A DNA stretch of 64,000 nucleotides. Origin: Cirrosporium novae-zelandiae (lineage: Eukaryota). Made by a program: the position numbers and the translations under genes. The stretch's first letter is position 1. Each line of letters starts with the position of its first letter. The notes under the pieces are model-generated. The model was not told the DNA's origin, did no database searches, and worked only from the letters and a program-made list of their open reading frames with translations. The stretch is from contig JAPETS010000043.1 in assembly GCA_026023565.1 (NCBI GenBank), forward strand, positions 62,001 through 126,000. The letters are read 5' to 3'. This document shows positions 11,574 to 23,204 of the stretch, one piece after another.

Positions 11574-14500
11574 CCCGCTTCTACTAACATGGACCCCTGT
11601 TCCTTGTACCCGATATCGCTCCTCGGACTAAAAAGTATTACCGGAACTCCCAAAAGGGCCTCTTACCTACTGTCTATTACAATTACAGGTAAACATTTCC
11701 TAGGGCTCCTATATCGATAGATAAAGGTAAATGCCAAGGTATTTCAGGTTCGAAAATTAGATATCCAGTGGCATTAAAGCCTGAGCTTTCCTTTTTTCAA
11801 AATGACGAGGGCATAGCGTAACATGTGATTAGGAGCCACGTGCATTTCCTTAAACCCTGGCCCTACGTTATACATTCCTGGTCTACTTTTCATGCGTCAT
11901 TTATCTCAAGGACAGTCGCAAATGAAGTCGCTTTTGGTCCCACCAAAGAGAAATGTAACATTGAGGTAATTCTGTTTCAGGTTATCCCACTGTAACTGTA
12001 CAATTACACCATCAAGTGGTGGGAAACATTTAGAAATCCATCAATATAGAGATGTAGATTTAATGTGCCCGTTCTTGTCACTTGTCCTCATCAGAATTTA
12101 GTCTTAAGTGGAAACTAGTCCTAGAGAGGTTCTAGAGGCCTTCAGAGAACGCAGGGCCGAGAGTAGGAAAGTATTCAGTCCTTACAGCAGGTAAGGAAAG
12201 TCCCGATAGATAAGAGGGTTCTCGTTAGAATATTCCTTGGCTTATTATTCAGATGGACCTTCGACACGAATATATTGATATTTGAATGCTCTTCCCATCA
12301 GCGTGTCCTCCTAGCCACCAGATGCTGGTCAATAGACCTCATGCGGGAAGAAAAAGGGAAGAATCTGATGGTTAGAACTATCAATAAATACAACGCGCTT
12401 ACAAATAGTGGTAATGTTAAGTTATGCTCGTATACTCTACCTGCGTAACTCAATAGGGGAAATATCATCATGAACCGCTTACGCAGAGCAGTGACTTTTA
12501 TATGTTATATTAGCATATGGGACTCACAGACTCGTTTCCTCGCTATTTACCCACCAAATAGCGTCCTAATGTATGTATCAATATAACATTAACACAACAA
12601 TAAATATTTATAAATAGCGATAATAGAATGATTAATCATTAGTAGACTATTTAGTATTACCATAATTATATTAAAATATTAAGATAATAGTAAAAACAAT
12701 TGAATTTGTGAGTCCGGCTTATTTTGGGATCTGCGTGATAGGATAAATGGAACTCGGCTTGGAGGAGCTCAGGAACTGTGTAGATGTGGGGGACTTCCCC
12801 ACAGCGACAAGGGTGCGAAAACTAGAGTCCTAATCTACCACCGAAGTATAATTAAACAACATTACATTTGACCAGGTCCTTCTTTATACCTAGTAGACCA
12901 AGGGCATATCTACAAGCATCTAGGCAAGTGCAAGGTACCATCAGAGGCGTGACTTTGACTTTACCCGGTATTTACGAATTACCAAGGTAATTTATCCCGC
13001 TTAGTACGGTTAATATTTATACGGTAATCTTTGTATTACCTATTACACCGACATCCCGAAACGATTCAGAGCTTAGAATAGGTCCTATATTCTAAGAATT
13101 CAGCCAAGACCAAGTTGATGTTCTATTTTCAACATTCATTTACTTTTAGTTTCGGTCCTGAATCAATGTAGTAGGATATTTGACCAGTATGATACACATG
13201 GTATGTTCAATACCTATAAGGGCTCTTATACCCCCTGAAGGAAGCATTTGAATATTCTGCCTAATACTCGTACCACAGACCAGATGTGATAAACCCACAT
13301 AATTTAATTAAGTGCAGGTGTCTCCACTTGAAATGTCTAAAGTGCCCGATAAAGGGGAACGTCTTCCTGGGGTGGTCAAGGGTGCGTTCTTGAATACAGA
13401 AGTGGGGAAGATAATGATAGGAGCACTGCAAGTACCACGGCTCGAAAGGTTGTTGTACTAAAGAAAAGCCACCATGTGAGAGCTATCGCAAAAAATGAGT
13501 GGCATACGTTCACAATAACAGCAGCCAGTATTAAAGACACAGCAAGCTAGCGGAGGCCTAGTAGACATCATTGTAACCACTATCAAAGCCCTACGCATAA
13601 GTGATTTGCGAACCAAGACGGCGGTGCAGTCCTATTAAACGTGGCAACACTGGGGTTCATCCTCAAATCAACTTCCATGAGAGCTCTAGACCATCAAAGT
13701 GTCGGGATGTTTGTCGATCCATATTACTTCATATTATGCGCTCCTTAGACAAAATATTTCAACATCATTGTAGTTGTCTAGAGCATAGGTAATTCCAGAT
13801 CTTAACAAATCCATACTCCAAGATTTTTTCTTTTCAATCTTCAAACAAGTAGTATATTCCGTCCATCTACAATATCCTTAGTGAAAATTAGGTCCTCAAG
13901 GTTAGTGAGGTATCCTTTTAAATTCTCATAACCTCATATATTCCCAATCTAATAGTAAGTTATTACTTACTTTTATCTTCTTAGACCGGGCAACTTTCCA
14001 ATGGCCTCCAAAGCCATCATGATTCTATGCGAGTACAACATACTATTGAGTCAAAGTAGCATTATGTCCATGCTTGTGGGCTGTAATTCACGGCCAGCTA
14101 AGCTCTTACGACTAACCTCAAAGGCAGCTAAGGAAAGCCCCACTAAGATTTTATACGTACTTGGAATTACGGGGAAGGTGCTGAGATGGAGCCTCATGTG
14201 CTCGTACATTCTGGACGTCATAGTTAACTCTAGAGTAGGAATCTAACCAGTAACAAATACCCACCCCTTCTCGGAGTCCATTTTAGAAGAGTGGGTGCTC
14301 GGTGACGATCTATCTAATAAGTTAATACAGAAATCTCAAAGCCTTAGTCTTGAGACATATTTATTTATGGGTTATATCTACAGGGACAAATATAGAGACA
14401 AGATGAGAAAGGACAACTAGCTATGTTTCCAATACTAGTTGTTGGTTTGTTTGTCCTATAAAAGAGTAATAAGATACTCAGCATTTCCAAGTCCTCACCG

Positions 14501-15352
14501 AGCAACTCAACTCATACAACAAAGACTTGTCTCTTTACTAAATACAAGGAGAGAGGGTCGATGAAACTGTAAAAGCCATTGAATTGCGGGTCAAGATAAT
14601 AAACCAAGGAGCATACACTAGGGTTAGCCCTAAGGTGATATTTAAGGTTTACGTGCAAATAATTATTCCGTCCAGGGTGTTTCACTCTAGCCGCTGTTGG
14701 AGGGAGGGGCAAAGACCACCCCAGTCTGGTGGGGAAGGAAAGGAAAGACGTAGCATCCCACTGTTGTCTACATCTTTACAGCTTCATCAAAGACAGTTTT
14801 CCCTATACAGATAGGTTTATGCAGTCATCAGATGAGTCTATTTGGTGCCCACAAATCCGAAGCAGATGAGCATATAGACTACAGCGGATAATTGACTTAT
14901 CCCCATTCCGGACTCCCACCACCACGATTCCGTTATGTCTCATTAATTCATCACCCATCTGATTATTTTACGGGTCTGTCAGGAGATTTGTGGCATTTGC
15001 GACATCCTCGGTCCTCGTACACCACTCAGTGACTCCCCACTGCAACGTTCTCCATGAACCACTCCCACCACTAACTTCTAAACTACTACCATACCACGCT
15101 GGTCCTTCAGATCTTGGTCTCTTATTATTCCACCTCATCCTGTCAATCCCCAAGAATTCTTTGCTTGGGTCTGTTTGAATTTGCTGTTGAAACTTATCCA
15201 ACTAACACTATCTAACCACAGCCATGAGCAGATAGCAGCCGAACCTCGAGATCACACCTATTGACCTATAAACACCTCGATCTAGAATCCAATCTAATAC
15301 AATATTTCCTTCCCTAAAAACACTCCAACTTCAATCGCACATCAAATTCACC

Positions 15353-17087
15353 ATGGAGACTGATCCTGTCCCATATGCGACGACTTTGAATCAAGTCTAC
15401 CCTGATAACTTTCGTGAAGTCAAGCCGAGATGGGATAACTTGATTAAACGTTATACATATCTCTACGGACGTCGTCCGGAGCTCGTCGCCCGTAGTCCCG
15501 GGCGAGTGAATATAATTGGAGAACATATCGACTATTGTCTCTACGATGTCCTCCCAATGGCTATTACACCCGATGTTCTCGTTGCCATATCCACCCGCCC
15601 TCCTCCTCCGCACGCTCACGGTGAAGGGGTTTTGATGAAGGTTGCCAACACTATTCCTGATAAATATCCTACTCGAGAATTTTTGGTATCACCAGAAGGA
15701 AATGTATATATTGATGGGACTAAGCATGAATGGACCAACTATTTCAAAGCTGGATTGGATGGATCTATCCAGCTTCTAAGAAAGAAGAATCCTGAGTTCT
15801 TACCAAAATCAATGGAGGTTCTTCTCGACGGAAGCGTCCCAGCTGGAGGTGGGTTATCTAGCAGTGCTGCTTTCGTTTGCTCTACTGCCCTCGCGATAAT
15901 GAAGGCACATGGGGCTGAGGTGACTAAGAAGGATCTCTTTGAATTGTGCATAGTTTCAGAACGAAGAGTAGGCGTCAATTCAGGAGGGTAAGTCTACAAA
16001 GACTTTACTCAATCTCATATATCCTAAATAAGATCTCTATTAACCAATATCCCTAGAATGGATCAAGCAGCCTCGATTTTCTCCCTCCGCGGCACTGCCC
16101 TCTACACCTCTTTCGTCCCATCTATTCATACCGAACACGTAAAATTTCCTGTTACTGACCCTGAAATGGTCTTCCTGATCGCTCAATCCCTTATCACTTC
16201 GGATAAACAAGTCACTGGCCCCGTCTGCTACAACCTCCGTGTCGTCGAAGTCACCCTTGCCGCGGTCGTCCTCGCAAAAATTTTCAACCTAACCCTTGAG
16301 CCTGATAGCAGTTCATTAGGTCTCTCCCTTCGTGGCTTCCACCTTGCTCTGGAGGCCTTAGACTCTTCCTTCGCTAAACTCGAGCTCCCTGACCAACTCG
16401 AAAAACTCATTTCTATTGTTAAAGATAAGTTACCCAGCGAAGAAGGCTACACCCGTGAGGATATCTCCAAACTTCTCGGCATCTCCATCGCAGACATCGA
16501 AAGCCAATACATGACGAAATTCCCCATTCGTGCAACACATTTCCAGTTGCGCAAGCGCGCCCTGCATGTCTACTCAGAAGCACTCCGTGTCATCAAATTT
16601 AAAGATCTCCTTGTTCAGCCACTGACTCCTGGTGACAAAGCGGCTAGCGTGAACCGTCTTACTGAGCTGGGAACTCTCATGAATGAGACACAAATCAGCT
16701 GCAGGGACGTGTATGAGTGCAGCTGTCCCGAACTAGATGAACTTTGCCAGATTGCGAGACGGGCTGGGAGTGCGGGGAGTAGAGTGACGGGGGCGGGATG
16801 GGGCGGCGCCAGTGTGCATTTGGTACCAGGGGATAGGGTTCGGGATGTGATTGCGGCGTGGAAGAGTGGATACTATGGGAAGAAATTCCCAGACCTGAGC
16901 CCAGATAAGTTGAGAGAAGCGATCGTGGTGTCAAAACCAAGCCCGGGGTCCTTTGTGTGAGTAACTTCTGTCTTTCCTATCTCCTTATATCGATAATTTT
17001 CTCCTCTTAGTTGAACGCATTAGACTGACTCTAGGTGCTTTTGATATCTGCAGAATAAGTCCCGACGCTCAGATCGCTACCAAGTGA
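15353..17087 (+). CDS. GAL1: Galactokinase; exons 15353-15987, 16057-16956, 17054-17087
   Basis: RSPGRVNIIGEHIDY, GHMP motif PAGGGLSSSAA, SGGMDQAAS, YECSCPELD and GSRVTGAGWGG. Canonical introns. Confidence 0.97.
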
Positions 17088-17747
17088 TTAGTAGTAGCGG
17101 AGTGCAGCAGCAATCCTTCCCCTTACTCTTTCCTTTCGGCCAACAGGCCCAGGCCCAGATCCCAGAGAGAGATTATGGCTCAAGGACAGAAGTAAATATA
17201 TTTAACCAAATGAATTGAATTCATATGTTCATACCTACATCACACCCCTTTTTTATTCAATCCCCCTTATCTAATTAAATGTAGTTTTTTGTCAGTGAGT
17301 AGTAAGAGGGGGCCTTGCAAGAAGAGATTCGGGAAAATCGATACTCTTAGACTTAGACTGACCTGAAGGACAGATGGATAGTTCAAGTGAGTGAGTGATG
17401 ATTAGAATGGCTTTGAGGAGGATTTTGGGTCAATTAATTGGAGAGGGGAGGCCCTATGAGCAAGTAATCTGAGACGGAAAAAGAAATAGGAAAAGAATAA
17501 TTAGGAGTGCATTAAGTATCTTTCCCATTTTATCTGGCAGTCTAGTTGTTCAACCAACCTAGCTATATTAAAGTTATTAACCACTATATAGAGTACATAT
17601 ATCGCAATATATCGCTCGTAACTACATATAATAATATATGATACGTCAGTAAGTATGTTGATAGCTAATCACCCACATTAATGAAATCAAATATTCCATT
17701 CTATACTTAACAAACCAAAGCCAGGAGTCGGTCAACCATGCCCAAGC

Positions 17748-17775
<28 letters not shown>
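17748..17775. repeat. (CA)n microsatellite
   Basis: Uninterrupted CA run. Confidence 0.95.
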
Positions 17776-17779
<4 letters not shown>

Positions 17780-18604
17780 AGACATCATAATTAACCAAAC
17801 AAAGTGTTTACCTAAATGCTACTTGTAGTAGTAGAGTTCAAATCTTATAAGTTCAGAGCAGCAGGTTGTAGATCCTCTCAAAGCATGGGAGTTAAAACAA
17901 TAATAAGCCGAATAGGTAGGTAGGTAGAACAATTTACAACCAAAAAACCTTTTTGTTGAGGTCATGTCCGTGATATTTAATCTAGTTCATTAATTGTTGT
18001 CAACAGAATGCTAGAGCTCCAGCAATTTCCTCTCAAACATTTCCTAATTTCTATTTAATACTTCACCATGGTAGTAGATATTGCGATTGGATAGATATAA
18101 TCTATATGGGGGCGAGTTTAGATAGAGAGGGGAATGAGTTCCTGATTCGATGTTACATACAGTATGATGTATGTACTGAGTACATGTATCTTAGTACTAT
18201 CCCGAAAAGGCATCACATCAATAGACTAATTAGTGAGACTAGGTGACGTCAGCCAGGAACAGCGCCAAGCACAAGCCAAGCTTGTGTAACTCTTGCTTTT
18301 GACAACAAAGTAACACCTACCAAGTGAATAAAATTCAAGATCAGCAGACACCTACCGGGTAGTTTTTCGAACAATTCAAAAGAGATCCACGTCCTAAAAC
18401 TCCTCCAAAGATCGTTAACTCTTGCTAACAAGCGGTCCATTTAATTTTGGGATTACCGACACGCTTCACTGCTATCAAAAGTAAGGTTCCATTGAAAATC
18501 CACCTGACAATTTAAACCACATTTTTTAAAACTAACATCTTTCAGCAGCAGTACAGTATAAAAACCAAAGAGGTCCTTTCCCCTCAACTTCACATACATA
18601 CATC

Positions 18605-18730
18605 ATGCCATTCTTCTATCACAAGAATATTGGCGGTCGTCGATTCGGTACGAGTATAAACGCTGACCGCCACGGCGTTCGAAGAGGTCCTTGGCGCTTT
18701 CGAATCGGGAGGTTCACTTGCTTTAGATGA
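18605..18730 (+). CDS. Putative 41-aa cationic microprotein MPFFYHKNIGGRRFGTSINADRHGVRRGPWRFRIGRFTCFR
   Basis: CATCATGC start context; GC-richer island in AT-rich flanks; canonical upstream intron GTAAGG(18481)...ACTAAC...TTTCAG(18545). Confidence 0.6.
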   Translation: MPFFYHKNIGGRRFGTSINADRHGVRRGPWRFRIGRFTCFR

Positions 18731-19091
18731 AAAAAAGCAAAGTACATAGGGCACTTTTGCGTGGGAGACTTGCATATGGGCATGGGAAATAGCACCAGAG
18801 GAGTTAGCGGTGTATGTACTTTCCTGGCGTTGAATAAATGAATGGGATTGATTCTGTTGCGGGGTTTATTGCTGGGGAAATGGGCGTGGTGGCAGCAATG
18901 ATGGCTAGCTATACTTCGATAATAGATATCACCAGGGACGCCTAGAGCTTGGACGAATTATACAAGCTGATAAGCCAGCTTTTTTTTTGACTGGGCTGTA
19001 TATGTTCTGACGTAGGATACCGTTGCCATGACTGGATGAAGTAGCGAATTCAATCATTATATTTCTCAATTACCTCCATGCTGTTTTATTT

Positions 19092-20213
19092 CTATGCAGC
19101 AGCCTTACTGGGGTGGTATTTCGCGGCCGCCTGGTCAAACAATGCGCTTTTCTCTTCAATGTCCGTTACGAAAGGGTGTTCTGGTGCCAGTGCCTTCACC
19201 TCCTCAACCAAATCCTCCACATCCTTACCCTCTAATATATTTAACACAACGTTGTTAACTAGGCCCTCAATCCCTCCTTCCAACGTCCTTTCTTGTTTTT
19301 TTATCCTCTCGCTCACAATGTCTAATCCTACCCGTGCCTCGTCAAGTCGCCCTAGTAATATTTCACTAGCAGCCTGGCATACTGCCATTTTTATGCCACC
19401 ATCTTCTGCGTCATTCCCAGGCGCTGATGCAAGCTCTTCAAATACGTAGAAGGCTTCTTGGTATTTGTCCGAGGAGCCCTGGCGGAGAGCGATATATGCG
19501 GAGGCAAGAGCAAGAGGGAGGGCATCCGCATCGGAGGCTGTACGGCGGGTGTTACTCAGGATGGATTGGGCGGGAGAAGCGTGATTGTGGATAAGGTGTA
19601 GGTGGGTAAGAAGGTTGACACTTTTATAAAGCTGCTGTTAGCATGGTGTATACGATCACAGGAAGATAACCGCCAACGTCAGTGTCAACGCCTCGTTGTC
19701 GTAAATATGTTTTAGAGAAGGTGGAAAGATCAACGCACGCTTCTAAGCTCTCTCCCTTAGCCCTCCCAATAATCTGTACAGCTTCCTCTCCCCTCCCAGC
19801 CATTGCAAATACCAGCCCTCCGATCATACAAACACCAGCATCTTCAGCACCCGCACCATCCAATAACCCTTCAATAGCCTCTACGGCTTTTTCATGCTGT
19901 CCCTTTGCATATGTAGCCAAGGCCCGCGCAGCCATAATAGAAGGAATAGACTGGTCATCTGAGGACGATGTATCGGAAAGAACAAAGTCTGGCTCACCAA
20001 GGGCAATCCGAGATCGTAATTGGAGGATGCGGGCAGGGAGATGGGCCGACTGAGGGAGAGTAGTGATGGGGAAATCGATTACCCGCTTGTGGAGGCCTTG
20101 GAGAAAAAGTGATTGAATTGGGAGGAGGTCTACGGTTGTTAGTTTTGAGCTTAAGCATGAGCATAGGGAATTGCGGGGAGAAACAGACCTGCATCAGTAG
20201 AGTAAGGATCCAT
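19092..20213 (-). CDS. SEC28: Coatomer subunit epsilon; exons 20213-20189, 20129-19739, 19620-19092
   Basis: MDPYS start, PARILQLRSRIALG, KYQEAFYVFEELAS, ASEILLGRLDEA and C-terminal HPFVTDIEEKSALFDQAAAKY. Confidence 0.92.
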
Positions 20214-20714
20214 GATGGCCAAAATACAAATTATCTGTCTCGAGTTCTGTTCGTTGGCAAGATTACAGAGGCAGGAAAGAAGGTACGTAGATAATTCAAG
20301 CTACTAGGATCAACTAGTGGATTTTCGGAGTTGTGTCCTTTTGGAAATAGTTCCTTGGTCTTGGGGGTGGAGCGGAACATCCCGCTGTAAACCGTCCGGA
20401 AGATCAATCATATTAACATATCCATAGAAACCTCGCAGAGACTTTACTCTTACGAACATTACCATTTGCATAATTAGATAATATCATAGTAGGCCGCGTA
20501 ATCACATGAATACCTTGTCAGTAGTAATTTTTTTTCTTAACTAGGTCATTCATAACTTGGATTTTCGCTACCCTAATAATCCAGCCAGAGACTTCGCGAA
20601 ATACATAATTGAACCCTAAACCTGCCAGTAACCTGCTAAAGGGGTATCTCCTATCATACGTTCGTCAATTCCGTCATAACGCCAATTTCACCCAGAGACC
20701 GCCAGAACACTAGC

Positions 20715-22129
20715 TTAGGAGGACGGTCCTGCTTCAGATTGTTGCTGTTGAGCCGCAGCACGCTCAGCTAGTTGTTCCTCATAGCAGCGCCTAAGGGCTG
20801 AGTAATCTTCAGGCCAGTCCTTCAGTACTTCCCAGCCAGACTCTTCTTCCTCCTTCTCTGGATCCAAACCGAGCAACTTGCGGTATTCTCGAACCTGGAG
20901 CTGCAGCTCGTAGATAACACGGCAAGGAACATCCTCCTCATCGACACGCAGACGATAGGCATGACGGACAACTCCCATTGCTTTCATCGCTTGGGCGTGC
21001 CAGTGGTCGCGGTCAAGACGAGTTGCTAAGTGTGCGTCGCGCTCCTTCTGGAGCTGATTGTTGTAGTAACGCTTTTGTCCAATATATTTAAGTTTATCGT
21101 TGGTACAGTAGTCACGCGCCATCTTAGTCATGTTGCAAACGCTATCTTCGTATTCATGAATGAGCTTCCAATCTTCGGAGCGTTCCCATTTTAGATCATC
21201 TGATTCTTTCTTGAGCTCAGCAGATTTCTGCTCCAGGTCCGCAATAACGCCAGCTAAAACAAGGTCAGAATAGACTCTAGAGAATGTAGAGGTTAGATAA
21301 CTCTCACCAGCAGTTTCTTCATCAGAACTCTCAGGCAGATTTCCAAGGTCAACTCCAGCGTGAGCAGCACGAACCTAAGATGACGGTGAGATTAGACTGA
21401 GTTCTATCCCAAGGAGTTCCCGCAAGTAAACATTGAGTATGGAAATGACGCAGTGAAATTTATAGTGAGAAGAAAGGTCAACTTACACGTAAATCTTGGT
21501 AGAGTCTCATAACATTAGCGGTTTTGTCGCGAGACTTCTTTAGAAGCTCACTCAATTCGCCAACCATGTTGTAGACGATTTGCATATCAGAGGCTTGGCC
21601 AGCGTTCATTGGCATTCCGAGACTCATACCCCCGGTGAGAGCAGCGAGTCCGTTCATCTGGGCTGCTTGAGATGAGACTACAGAGGGTGACTGACGAGGC
21701 ATGCCAGCAAGGTTGTTAGATGACTGTGAGGTATCAAGGAAGCTAGGGAAGGCGTTTCCACCAGACATTCTTGACATTTGTTCGCGCCAAGGTCGTAGAG
21801 TCTCCTCAGTTTCTTCGTCAGTGTAAGATTTGGGAACAACAACGCTAAGGGCGTTTCCACGTCGTCGATTGCGAATTGTCGCAGCACTTGGTACTGGGGC
21901 GGGTAAACGAGTTGAAGGGATCGGAGAAGTCGGCCTCGAGTCAGGATTAGCTACTTTCAAGGGTCGCTTCACTGAATTGTTTCCCAAAGCCGTTAGTCTG
22001 ATACTCAAAAGGCACGGACCATAAAGGAAACTCACCATAAGCCCTCTGTTCATCACATTCATGAACAACACCTCCTACAATGAAGGGTTCACCGCAGTTG
22101 AAACATGGGAAGCCAACAGTTGGTGCCAT
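20715..22129 (-). CDS. Coiled-coil protein, probable Far3/Csc4/SCI1 (SIKE-like) STRIPAK subunit; exons 22129-22036, 21971-21487, 21374-21308, 21253-20715
   Basis: Three canonical introns give one open frame. Helix DMQIVYNMVGELSELLKKSRDKTANV...AAHAGVDLGNL resembles the Far3 N-terminus, and LIHEYEDSVCNMTKMARDY resembles the SIKE coiled coil. Confidence 0.65.
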
Positions 22130-23204
22130 GGTGGCTGTTGGGTAGGTGTTGTATGTATGTCGAGTCTCGGAGTTCGGGTGAATTCGGGCCGATATTTATA
22201 AACAAGTTCGGCTCTCGGCTCTCGGGATACGGAATTAGGGTACCCGGCTCGGTATGTTTACCCCGGAACTAGCCCTACCCGCAACCCAGGTCAAGACTGA
22301 TCAGTGACTACATATTTCAACTACCTAGGCACAGTTTCTTGATAATACTAAATAAAATGTTCCACTAAAGATAGTCACCTATTATTCTACTGCTAGAGAC
22401 TCGACGATATATCTTTATAGCCATTCAGCAAGAGACGAACAACGTAAATACCATAGGAGTGTCGGGGATAAAACTATGGAGACACAGCAAGCAACGAATG
22501 GAAGGTATAACAAGATTAGATTCGCTCTATCATGTAATCTACCACGAAGTTTTCTAGAGGCATTGCTATTAGAGCAGAATCAAAAGTAGTTCAACTCAGA
22601 GTAATGATAATGTCGACTTTAGTCTTAAATTATGCCAGGGATCTGAGACATGGCTAGGATGAAACAACAATTACTATTAAGAGCTTCACACAAAGGAGTA
22701 CATTTGTACCCAATCATAAACTTTAGAGTAGCCTCTACATAGACGTCTATTAATTATGCACTTCAAACATGTTCGCCAAGGGTAGCTTTCTCGTCTTGTA
22801 GTTATTAATTCAATGTCAGTTACATGGCTCATTCAGCGCACTTCCAAAAGCCAGTAATAATGATTAATGCAAAATAGTTTGAATGATTTACGATAGAAAA
22901 AAAAACGTCATAATTCGTCTTTTTATTATTCCCACACACAGGCCGCATCTGCTGTTCATTGATCCTGATTGTCCCCATGATTTGTAGAGCGAATGTTAAA
23001 GTACACTTATTGAAATGAGGGTCGAGAAGAAAGATATAAAGAGAGGTCAGCACTCATAACGAGGAGACCATCAAACCCCTTGCGAGGGTTGAATAAGCGA
23101 GAGAAGACCAGACTAGAACGTATCCTGTTCTGGTAATAATGATGATTGTGGTGATGGTAATGCGACAATTCAAAACTCCTTCCATATCCGTGCCCAGAAA
23201 GTCC

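Noticed and set aside
15353..17087. GAL gene cluster around GAL1
   Set aside because: No GAL7 or GAL10 neighbour; unclustered GAL1 is normal in filamentous ascomycetes.
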